Below, piece after piece: positions 25,543 through 36,700 of a stretch of DNA of 64,000 nucleotides. A program made the translations under genes and the position numbers. Position 1 is the stretch's first letter; every line of letters begins with the position of its first letter. The notes beneath the pieces are model-generated. The model made no database searches. It saw only the letters and a list, made by a program, of their open reading frames with translations, and was not told the DNA's origin. This stretch comes from Paragordius varius (lineage: Eukaryota; Animalia; Nematomorpha), in NCBI GenBank assembly GCA_964247055.1, contig OZ176056.1:1178001-1242000 (forward strand), written 5' to 3'.

Positions 25543-28258
25543 CAGGGGTGGCCACACTTTTTTTGTCGAGAGCTTTTTTTTTGGCTTTTTTGTTAAAAAA
25601 AGAGTTCGCGGTCACCCAGAAATATTTATCAAAAAAACTCAATCAACACTTTAAATGATGTATATACCTGCTTTACAGATTAGAGTGACTTGTTTAAACC
25701 ATTTTAAAATTGTAATTTTTTTATCTATCAACCAAATACAAAAATAATTTTAATTAAAAGACAATGGGTTATTAACTACCTTAATTTTTTAACCAACATA
25801 AAACACTTCAAAATATTTATTTATTAAATTTCTATTATATGAAATTTTACAATATAAAAATTTAAACAATGCATTTGAAATTACAGGGGAGAATACATTA
25901 TGATACAAAAAATAAAAGAAATAAAAAATAGCATTCCAATTTAGAACCATAATTTGAACATAAATAAGAGTACATTAAAATTGTATCAGTTTTAATTCTA
26001 TCCACATATTTTTTAGTAAATCGGCTTTTTCCTAAGCGAAAATACAACTCGATAAACATCCATATTTAATAAAGAAATAAATATTTAAAACGCCCGACTG
26101 CGAAAAAATTCAGAAAGTTTATCTAAATTAGGTTCAAATGAAGTCAAAGCAATTCTCAAACATGATTCTAAATGTTTATTAGTTAATTGTGACCTCTGTT
26201 TAGTTTTGATAGCATTCATAATTGAAAAAGCCGATTCACATAAATATGTGGATCCAAAAAAAGAATTGAATAATGCAGCGGTTTTCCAAATATGGGGGTA
26301 TTTATCTTTATTTATAAATTTATATATATCTGATCCTAATGATTTTAGATGGATATCGCATTTAACATTTATTAATTCCTTTTCCAACTCTGCTAAATTT
26401 GGTACACCAAGAAAGTGGCTGAGTTTTTGAGCAATATATTCAACATTATTATTATTATTAAATGGGCATGATAAAAAAATAACGATGTATTCAAGTTTAT
26501 TTATAGATGAAAATCGTTTTTCAAAATCATTAATAAGCAGACCAATATCATCTGCATATTTTTCAAAAGAGAGATTCTCTATTTTTTCAGACACCGCTGC
26601 CAGATTAAAAAAATGTTTTAAATCTCGGTTTTTTAATTGTGTTTCTACTACTGTTAGTGTTTCCTTAAAAGATTTTAAAGCACCCATCATATCCATTATT
26701 GTTTTATCTTTTCCTTGTAATTGGATGTTTAATTTATGCAATTTTTCCGTGATATCGCATAAAAATGCAAGATCAAGCAGCCAATCTTGATCTTTCAATT
26801 CAGGGTATGAAAATTTAGAATTCTCTAAAAAAATTTCTATTTGTGGTAAAAGTTGCCTAAATCTAATTAAAAATGCGGCACGACTCAACCACCTTACATC
26901 AGTATGTAATAAAAGTTCTCCATATTCCACGCCGCAATCATTTAACAAAATTCGAAATTGGCAGCGGGACAAGCTTTTTGTTCGAATGGCGTTAACAATT
27001 TTAAAACAGGGGTTCATTACATGATGGTATTTTAAAACTTTTGAACATAAAACTTGATTATGGATTATACAATGGTAATCAATGAGCACTGTGATTTTTA
27101 CATAAAGCGATAAAGCCGTTGTTAACGCCAATCATAGCTGGAGCTCCATCAGTAGTTATAGATGCGAGTTTTACGATGGGAAGTTTCGTATCTGTGATAA
27201 ATTTATAAAAAGAATCAAAAATATCCTGCCCTCTGGTTCGTTCGTGGAGAAGTATTATAGTTAATAATTCCTCCTTTGCAGATAAATCACTAAATATCAT
27301 ACGAATAAAAATGCATAATTGGGCGATTCCAACATAATCGGTGGACTCATCGAGTTGCAAGGAAAAAAAATACAGTTATTAATATTTTCATGTAAAATTT
27401 CATCAAGATTATTACTAATATCTTCAGCCCTGCGCATAACGGTATTTCTCGATAAGCTTATGCTTTTAATAGCTGTCATAATATTATTTTTGTTATCAAA
27501 ATTTTCAAATAAAATATCACAAGCGCTAATAAAGGCTTCTTTAAATATTTCACCATCTTGAAATGGCTTATTGTTCCGAATGAGTATTTCCGCTACCTTG
27601 GATGAAGCAATCGTAGCATTTTTATAGTCTTTGTTGTATTTAAGTATGCTATTTTGTGAGGCGGATAATTGTTCTTTTAATTCCTTTACTTTAATGTTGC
27701 GTTCTTGAGTTTGTAAGGGGTAGTTTTTGGAGTAATGTGGATGCAGAGATCTATAATGTCTTTCAATATTTGACTTTTTGGGCAAAGCAACAGTACTATT
27801 GCATATTAGACAGGTGCATGTTTCATTTATCATAATAAAAAAGTATTCATGCTCCCAATCTTTCTTGTATCTGTACAACTTTTTTTGGCTCATTCTAAAA
27901 TATAAGTTTTAAAAACCTACTTTTGGTGTATCAAATCAAATCTAACTTCACGATTATGCTTCTGATTTATGAATAAGCTTTGCTCAAAGTTTTGATATAT
28001 TCAAGGGAAATGACTGATTTTAAGTTTTAATGCAAATGCCCAAAAACATATGAATTATAATTAATAAAATAATTTTTTTACACCCTTTTCTTAGACGTTT
28101 TTTTAAAATTTAAACCGTATTTTTTTGTATTTTAAATTTAAATTCGCTCAGAAGTAGCCAACTATCCGAAAAAAATCAATAAAATTTTTAAAAAAAAATA
28201 TTTTCAGGAGTTGTCGCGGTCACGAAAGTGACCGCGGTCACCTCGTTGGCCACCCCTG
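25543..28258 (-). mobile_element. Full-length hAT (Buster-type) DNA transposon, 2716 bp
   Basis: TIRs CAGGGGTGGCCA / TGGCCACCCCTG with a perfect 8-bp TSD GTATATAT (25535-25542, 28259-28266). GCGGTCAC subterminal motifs at both ends. Confidence 0.97.
26085..27893 (-). pseudogene. Nearly complete hAT transposase (GTF2IRD2/EPM2AIP1-like) with two frameshifts
   Basis: ORFs 27893-27297, 27360-27079 and 27131-26085 tile a protein of about 600 aa: BED-like CLIC...HY, QLDES, TTDGAPAMIG, YHCIIH, VRWLSR and FGSTYLCES. One shift lies in a T8 homopolymer at about 27363-27370. Confidence 0.93.
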
Positions 28259-28295
28259 GTATATATAAAGTACAAAAAAAACTCAAAATATCATT

Positions 28296-28625
28296 TCACG
28301 TTACTTTCTGCTCTTCAAATACGATAGCTATGCGTCCTTGTATGTCTTGTGAACTGGTGCTTGATTTGTTGATAATGACTTCGGGGTATGTGTATTCGTT
28401 AACCACTTTTGTTGCGTTAATAATCCGAATCGAGTCAGAGAAATAACTGGATATGATATGTAATATTTTAGTTTTTTTGAGATTTAATGTTGGATTGTAT
28501 TTTTGGCACATTTTTATAAAACTTCGGAAACTGTTTTCAAGGCTTGTTTGTGAATTAACTAAGATTACCGTGTCGTCGGCGTAGTGGACAGTCGCCAGAA
28601 TGCCCCCACATTTATTCCTTGCAAG
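28296..28625 (-). pseudogene. Non-LTR retrotransposon (LINE, RTE-like) reverse transcriptase fragment
   Basis: The minus strand reads GINVG...TVHYADDTVILVNSQTSLENSF...LNLKKTKILHI...VVNEYTYPEVIINK...DIQGRIA. The YADD codons are at 28572-28583. Confidence 0.85.
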
Positions 28626-28714
28626 ATTTTAATAAAGAATTATTATTTATCTTTCAATTATTTTTATCCATTATATGTGTATCAAGTATTTTATAATTCA
28701 TTTTTTCATATAGC

Positions 28715-30110
28715 AAATTTACATTTTTTATGCGATTTCAAAAATATTTGGCGTGATGATGAGACTACCTATCGTCGTAAAACAAATATAGCGAAAGCCG
28801 ATCAAATATGGATTTTAGCCAAAACTTTTGTCTTAAAACCGTAAATTTTTTTTCCGATTATCAAAATTTAAAAAATTCATATAAATTACATTTTTAATGC
28901 GATTTCAAAAAAATTTGGGGTAATGATAGGATTACCTATGGGTTACACAAAAAGAATTATGGCGACATCAGCTGATTAAATTTGGTTTTTGGGTAACCAT
29001 TTATGTTTTAAACTTCTTTAAAAACCCTTTTTCATATAAAATTTATATAATTTATATAAATTACATTTTTAAGCGCTTCAAAAAAATTTGGGGTGATAAA
29101 AATATCTATGGGGTACGTAAAAAATTATGGCGACACTAGCAAATCAAATTTGGATTTTAGATAGCCATTTTTGTATTAAACTTCATTAACACCTTTTCCA
29201 TATAATGAAAATTTAAATCATTTATATAAAATACATTTATAATGCTATTTCAAAAATTTAGGGGTGATGATAAGACTACCTATGGGTTACCTAAAAAAAT
29301 ATATGGTGAAATCAACTGATCGAATTTGGATTTTAGGGAGCCATTTTTCATGAAAAAATGGTTATTTTTAATATTTTTTTAATTTAATTTTTTAAATTTA
29401 TCATCATTTCGTCTTTTATTATAATTTTTAATATAATTTTTTAATTTATTATTTAATTTTTATTTTTTTTATATTTTTTTAATTTTTAATATTTTGTTAT
29501 TTTAGATTATTTTTTTTATTTTTTAATTTTTATTATTTTCTTTTTAATATTTATTTTATTATTCATTTTTCATTTTTTTATTTTTTTTTAATTATTTTTT
29601 TATTTTGATTTTTTTTAATTTAATTTTATTATTTTTAATATTAATTTATTTATTTTTATTATTTTATTTTTTTTATTTTATTATTTTTATCTTATTATTT
29701 TTTAATTTTTATTAATTAATTTATTTATATTTATATTTATTTTTATATTTTAATTTTCAATTTATTAGTTTCATATTACATATTTTATTATTATTATTAA
29801 ATTTGTTTATTTGAATTTTTGATTTTTTGATTTTTTTTATTATTTTTTTATTTTTATTTTGAATATTTTTAATATTTTATTAATTTTATTTTTAATTTAT
29901 TATTAAATTTAATTTTTAATATTTTTTATATTTTTATTATTTATTTATTTTTATTATTTTTTATTATTTTATCCTTAATAAAATTCATATATGTTACATT
30001 TATAGTCAAATCTCAAAAATATTTGGGGTGATGATGGAACTTCCAAAGGGTTTCAAAAAAAATTATGGCGACATCACCTAATCAAATTTGGATTTTAGGC
30101 AGCCATTTTT
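28715..30110. repeat. Degenerate ~170-bp tandem repeat (4 units plus 1) interrupted by a ~620-bp almost pure A/T tract
   Basis: Recurrent TACATTTTTAATGCGATTTCAAAAAATTTGGGG(G/T)GATGAT...TACCTATGGG...ATTATGGCGACA at about 28720, 28887, 29062, 29232 and 29995. T-rich low-complexity DNA at 29365-29990. Confidence 0.8.
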
Positions 30111-30154
30111 ATTCTTATAAACTTAGTAAACTATATTATCATAGTTAAATAATA

Positions 30155-32300
30155 TTGGAAAATATTTTTTAATCTTAAAAGCAATTTAATTTTGTCTTAG
30201 GCTGTTATAACTTTTAAGATAGAATGTTTGTTAACTTGTTTATATATTACATTGTAGTTGGAGCGTACCTTGTACTATAGAAAACTGACCTTATAAAATG
30301 TTTTTTCAACGTGATATCCAAATATTTTTTTAAAAATTATTTTATTAAATATTCCGATGATGAATGCTATTATGCGAACATTAATTTATAATTTTATAGC
30401 ATGTATTCTACTAAGTCAAACGACAGGTAATTTGCGGCAGTTTGTGCTTTTAGGAAAACTTTTTGACTGCTTTAAATAGCAAATTATGTCAATTTTTAAT
30501 TTTAAAAATAATTTACAGATTCTTAGATTTTCACTGTAAAACTTATATTTCGAGTGATATGGTCTTCTGATTAGATAGAGTAAGGATTCGTCAATGTTAG
30601 TAAATAGATATAAAAACAGTCATTCACTTATTAGATACCTTTAATAATAATAAAATGTCTCTACTTCATATCTGTCCAATAACCTTTTTAGACTTTAGCT
30701 ATGCAGTAATTTTCTAAATTTTGAGTTTCTATAAAATGCCAACAATATATAAATTTGATATTATAATACCAAACAAATATGAAATCGATATGTAAAATCA
30801 ATCATTATATAAAACGCCATTATCAGTGTTATGACATGACATTATGTGATAAATCTCTTTTTATAGCATTTTTAAAGTCGGTAAAACTTCAATGGAATAA
30901 TTTAATAAAAATGCGTAACTTTAATCCTTAGTGATTAAGCCATAATTTATTATTTGATAGACAAAATATATATTTTTATTTGCTTAAAAAATAAAAAAAT
31001 TGTAAACGTTTTTTTAATGAATAATAATCATATTTACTTTATATTAATTGAAAAAAATCTAAATTTTAAATGATATCACTATTTTATTTATTAGCAATAT
31101 TGATTGTGACTGAATAGTTTAGTTTATATTATACCACACCTCTTCATCTTGAATAAACTTCTTATTGATTTGCATATTCTCAGTACCATGGCATTTTTAT
31201 AGTATTGATAATTTTAAAAATTTTATTATACACAAATTTAGGGAATTTAAGATAATCAAAAACACACATTTTTTTAAAACGTTATTTTAAAGTTTGAGGG
31301 TGTTAAAGTGTTTAAAAAATTTGAGGAGTAATGGTATATTTTTTTTAAATATTGATAAAAGTTTGCGAATAATTACGCCAATCGACCGGTTTTTTAAATT
31401 GATTCGTGCTATACGAATTTTTATTTTTTTATATAATTATATAGCATATCGTAAACAAATTGTATTCGGTAAAGATATATATACACTTACATATTTTTAT
31501 GTTTTTACCTGATTATGATTTATTAAATTACTTCAGAATATTAATATTTATGATTAACTAATATAAACAAAACTTTTTTATAAAAAGTATTAGCAAAAGT
31601 CAATTGATATTTTTTACATATAGTTAACATTTTATTGTAAATTAGTTATTGAGATCAAGGATGACAATTATTCACTTAATACTAATCAATCCAAAACGGA
31701 CATTGAACAAAGTATATCTATCTATTTATATATATTTACATATATATATATGCCTTTGTCGAAAAAAATATTTAAATATGCATTACAATGGTTGATACTA
31801 GAATTATATTTTAAAATTGGTTCCAAATATGAATAAACAATTTTTTGTTTTGACTTTTCCACATATTTTTTGAAAATAAACTTTTATGGTTTCATTTTAA
31901 ATTCGGTTTTAGTTTTAGTGTCTTTGATACAGCTCGTTTTTGAAGTGATTGTCAAATCTTGATTTCATATTTTTTAAAATATTATAAAGAACCGGACATC
32001 GTATGATTCTAAATCATACATTATAAAAGATTTTTAAAAAGGAAAATGTGAATTTTTACACTGTTTATTACAGCGGTTTCGATTACAAATGCAATGCTGT
32101 TTCTATCGTATTATAATAAAATTTATATTTAAATATTTATTATTAGGAATTTCAAATATACAAGTTATAATTAAATATAACCCTTTTTTGCATAATTATT
32201 TTTATTAGGCAATCATTATTTGTCTAATTCGAATTAGATTTTGCAGGATCTCACTAAAATACCGAACGTGTCGGTTACTGAATTCGCGATAAGTAATATT
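30155..32300 (+). repeat. 2.1-kb local segmental duplication (paralog of about 45970-48035) covering promoter and exons 1-5 of genes A and B
   Basis: Colinear similarity from AATCTTAAAA...TTAGGCTGTTATAAC through the exon-5 donor. Exons are more conserved than introns. Confidence 0.93.
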
Positions 32301-32672
32301 TTTATACTATGGTTAGTTTGAAAAAGTATTTGTCTTTGTATTTTTACTGTTATCTCTATAATTTCAATTTTTAGCTGTAAAATATTTTGAGAGATGTTCT
32401 GTTTGTATAAGCATCAATTTTTACTGTCTTACAAATCTCTTATATTATATATATATATATATATATTCGTACGACCCAAAAATTTTATGTATTTGTATAA
32501 AAACTAATGTGTGCATTTCTTTTTTTAGGCGGTTTCTGATAATTATCGCTTCTCATATGTTTTGCCCGATACGGAATACGAGATTGTGGTTAGACCAGTC
32601 TTTATAGATCAAGATGCCGCATCCACAGAAGCAAGTTCACATCGTGTTTATGTTCAAACGAATCACTGCTAA
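30357..32672 (+). CDS. Gene A: small secreted protein (~128 aa), FN3-like C-terminal half; exons 30357-30426, 31445-31468, 31646-31711, 31990-32000, 32247-32292, 32375-32400, 32529-32672
   Basis: All introns are GT-AG and phases chain without stops: MMNAIMRTLIYNFIACILLSQTT-AYRKQIVF-VIEIKDDNYSLNTNQSKTDIEQ-KPDI-DLTKIPNVSVTEFAI-TVKYFERCS-AVSDNYRFSYVLPDTEYEIVVRPVFIDQDAASTEASSHRVYVQTNHC*. Exons 1-5 are conserved in the paralog with mostly synonymous changes. AATAAA at 32713. Confidence 0.72.
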
Positions 32673-33059
32673 TCATGAAACTAAATTTTAGAAAAAACTA
32701 TTATATAATTAAAATAAATATGGGTTATCGGGCGATGGTTTAAATTACGATGTGATATGTTTGATTTACAGATTAATCCCCTTTTTTAATAATCTATCTA
32801 TAGTATATCCTGGAAAGTACAAATAAATTTTAGTTATTATGGCCAATAGATATAAATATATACTGATCGAGTTGGGGTTTTATTTGCTTAATATTCTACA
32901 TTACGCTTTTGTTGATAAAAGATCTCTCTCTGATGTTTCAATATCTACCCGTGATTTATTTTATGGACCCCAGTTTGAATTGAGAAATATTAGGAGATGA
33001 CTTGTTGTAATACATTAATCAATATCAATTTATTTATTATCACTAACCTACGGATAGGA

Positions 33060-33240
33060 AACTAACTTGATTATACTTTAACGGTCTACACAGATTATCG
33101 TATTATTGTGTTTTACATCCACTGATTACCAAAGTCGCCATTTTTCAGTAACAAGATTGATGTTTAATGTTGTCTTATACGAGTAAATTGCAAGCAGATT
33201 GTGGAGGTCGGTTTATATCAAAACTAAATTGGTTTGAAGA
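33060..33240 (-). repeat. Single diverged, inverted monomer of the 168-bp satellite
   Basis: CTAACTTGATTATACTTTAACGGTCTACACAGATTATCGTATTATTGTG...ACATCCACTGATTACC...TTCAGTAACAAGAT aligns to the reverse complement of the array unit. Confidence 0.75.
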
Positions 33241-33719
33241 AATATGAGACTAACACACTAGGTGGATATCCTATAAAAAGTCGATTTTCTTATAAGTTAT
33301 TATCTTTAATATTTTCAAATTTTCGCTAATTTTTGTATGAAACTTACAGTAATTTAACTTACACAGACAACATGCAAAAATTAAAAATAACCATTTCTTT
33401 TTTTTGTTTTTTTATTTAACTCTTTGGGTTGTGAAATGGGGATTAGAGATGTAAATTGGTTTAGCTTATTTTTATAATTATGGGAATCATAATTTATGAA
33501 TAAGTAGAGTAGTCTTTTAAAAAATGATTTTTCAATTTTTCCATGTTGTGTTTGTAATATTAATATTTGTGAAATAGCTTTTTCTCGTTATTGTACAAAA
33601 TGCTTAAAACATGAGCATATATAATTTAAGCAACAATCATTTTATTAAAGTTAATGTTTTTTAAATAATAACACACAAATAGAATACATAAACCCTACAA
33701 CCTTCTCTTGTTTTGAAAA

Positions 33720-36700
33720 TCGGTGGGTTCGGTGATGAGTGGTGGTAAAAAACAATAAAACGGTAACCTATTTAGTTTTTTACAGTAAACTCAAGTTAGC
33801 CAAGTCTTTACAATAAAATGTCCGGCAAAATCTGTTTTCAATCAATTCTCAACTCGTTCACAACCAAAACACCGTCTATCTTGTTACTGAATGGCGGCTT
33901 CGGTGATGAGTGGATGTACACAATAATACTTTAATCTGTTTAGTCTTTACAGTAAACTCAAGTTAGGCAAGTCTTTACAATAAACCGTCCGGCAAAATCT
34001 GTTTTCAATCAATTCTCAACTCGTTAACAACCAAAACACCGTCTATCTTGTTACTGAATTGGGGCTTCGGTGATGAGTGGATGTACACAATAATACTTTA
34101 ATCTGTTTAGTCCTTTACAGTAAATCTGTTTTCAATCGATTCTCAACTCGTTCACAACCAAAACACCGTCTATCTTGTTACTGAATTGGGGCTTCGGTGA
34201 TGAGTGGATGTACACAATAATACTTTAATCTGTTTAGTCTTTTACAGTAAACTCAAGTTAGCCAAATCTTACAATAAACCGTCCGGCGAAATCTGTTTTC
34301 AATCAATTCTCAACTCGTTAACAACCAAAACACCGTCTATCTTGTTACTGAATTGGGGCTTCGGTGATGAGTGGATGTACACAATAATACTTTAATCTGT
34401 TTAGTCCTTTACAGTAAACTCAAGTTAGCCAAGTCTTTACAATAAACCGTCCGGCAAAATCTGTTTTCAATCAATTCTCAACTCGTTAACAACCAAAACA
34501 CCGTCTATCTTGTTACTGAATTGGGGCTTCGGTGATGAGTGGATGTACACAATAATACTTTAATCTGTTTAGTCCTTTACAGTAAACTCAAGTTAGCCAA
34601 GTCTTTACAATAAACCGTCCGGCAAAATCTGTTTTCAATCAATTTTCAACTCGTTAACAACCAAAACACCGTCTATCTTGTTACTGAATTGGGGCTTCGG
34701 TGATGAGTGGATGTACACAATAATACTTTAATCTGTTTAGTCCTTTACAGTAAACTCAAGTTAGCCAAGTCTTTACAATAAAATGTCCGGCAAAATCTGT
34801 TTTCAATCAATTCTCAACTCGTTCACAACCAAAACACCGTCTATCTTGTTACTGAATGGCGGCTTCGGTGATGAGTGGATATACACAATAATACTTTAAT
34901 CTGTTTAGTCTTTACAGTAAACTCAAGTTAGGCAAGTCTTTACAATAAACCGTCCGGCAAAATCTGTTTTCAATCAATTCTCAACTCGTTAACAACCAAA
35001 ACACCGTCTATCTTGTTACTGAATTGGGGCTTCGGTGATGAGTGGATGTACACAATAATACTTTAATCTGTTTAGTCCTTTACAGTAAACTCAAGTTAGC
35101 CAAATCTTACAATAAACCGTCCGGCGAACTCTGTTTTCAATCAATTCTCAACTCGTTAACAACCAAAACACCGTCTATCTTGTTACTGAATTGGGGCTTC
35201 GGTGATGAGTGGATGTACACAATAATACTTTAATCTGTTTAGTCCTTTACAGTAAACTCAAGTTAGCCAGGTCTTTACAATAAACCGTCCGGCAAAATCT
35301 GTTTTCAATCAATTCTCAACTCGTTCACAACCAAAACACCGTCTATCTTGTTACTGAATTGGGGCTTCGGTGATGAGTGGATGTACACAATAATACTTTA
35401 ATCTGTTTAGTCCTTTACAGTAAACTCAAGTTAGCCAAGTCTTTACAATAAACCGTCCGGCAAAATCTGTTTTCAATAAATTTTCAACTCGTTAACAACC
35501 AAAACACCCTCTATCTTGTTACTGAATTGGGGCTTCGGTGATGAGTGGATGTACACAATAATACTTTAATCTGTTTAGTCCTTTACAGTAAACTCAAGTT
35601 AGCCAAGTCTTACAATAAACCGTCCGGCAAAATCTGTTTTCAATCAATTCTCAACCAAAACACCGTCTATCTTGTTACTGAATTGGGGCTTCGGTGATGA
35701 GTGGATGTACACAATAATACTTTAATCTGTTTAGTTCTTTACAGTAAACTCAAGTTAGCCAACAATAAACCGTCCGGCAAAATCTGTTTTCAATCAATTC
35801 TCAACTCGTTAACAACCAAACCGTCTATCTTGTTACTGAATTGGGGCTTCGGTGATGAGTGGATATACACAATAATACTTTAATCTGTTTAGTCCTTTAC
35901 AGTAAACTCAAGTTAGCCAAGTCTTTACAATAAACCGTCCGGCAAAATCTGTTTTCAATCAATTCTCAACTCGTTAACAACCAAAATACCGTCTATCTTG
36001 TTACTGAATTGGGGCTTCGGTGATGAGTGGATGTACACAATAATACTTTAATCTGTTTAGTCCTTTACAGTAAATCTGTTTTCAATCGATTCTCAACTCG
36101 TTCACAACCAAAACACCGTCTATCTTGTTACTGAATTGGGGCTTCGGTGATGAGTGGATGTACACAATAATACTTTAATCTGTTTAGTCTTTTACAGTAA
36201 ACTCAAGTTAGCCAAATCTTACAATAAACCGTCCGGCGAAATCTGTTTTCAATCAATTCTCAACTCGTTAACAACCAAAACACCGTCTATCTTGTTACTG
36301 AATTGGGGCTTCGGTGATGAGTGGATGTACACAATAATACTTTAATCTGTTTAGTCCTTTACAGTAAACTCAAGTTAGCCAAGTCTTTACAATAAACCGT
36401 CCGGCAAAATCTGTTTTCAATCAATTCTCAACTCGTTAACAACCAAAACACCGTCTATCTTGTTACTGAATGGCGGCTTCGGTGATGAGTGGATGTACAC
36501 AATAATACTTTAATCTGTTTAGTCCTTTACAGTAAACTCAAGTTAGCCAAGTCTTTACAATAAACCGTCCGGCAAAATCTGTTTTCAATCAATTTTCAAC
36601 TCGTTAACAACCAAAACACCGTCTATCTTGTTACTGAATTGGGGCTTCGGTGATGAGTGGATGTACACAATAATACTTTAATCTGTTTAGTCCTTTACAG

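Noticed and set aside
34340-34520. Box C/D snoRNA or hammerhead ribozyme in each monomer (GTGATGA and CTGA present; C-TTCG-G loop)
   Set aside because: No terminal stem pairs the sequences outside boxes C and D, and no convincing rRNA antisense element was seen. The hammerhead core needs CUGANGA plus GAAA with stems, which is absent. An Infernal/Rfam scan would settle it.
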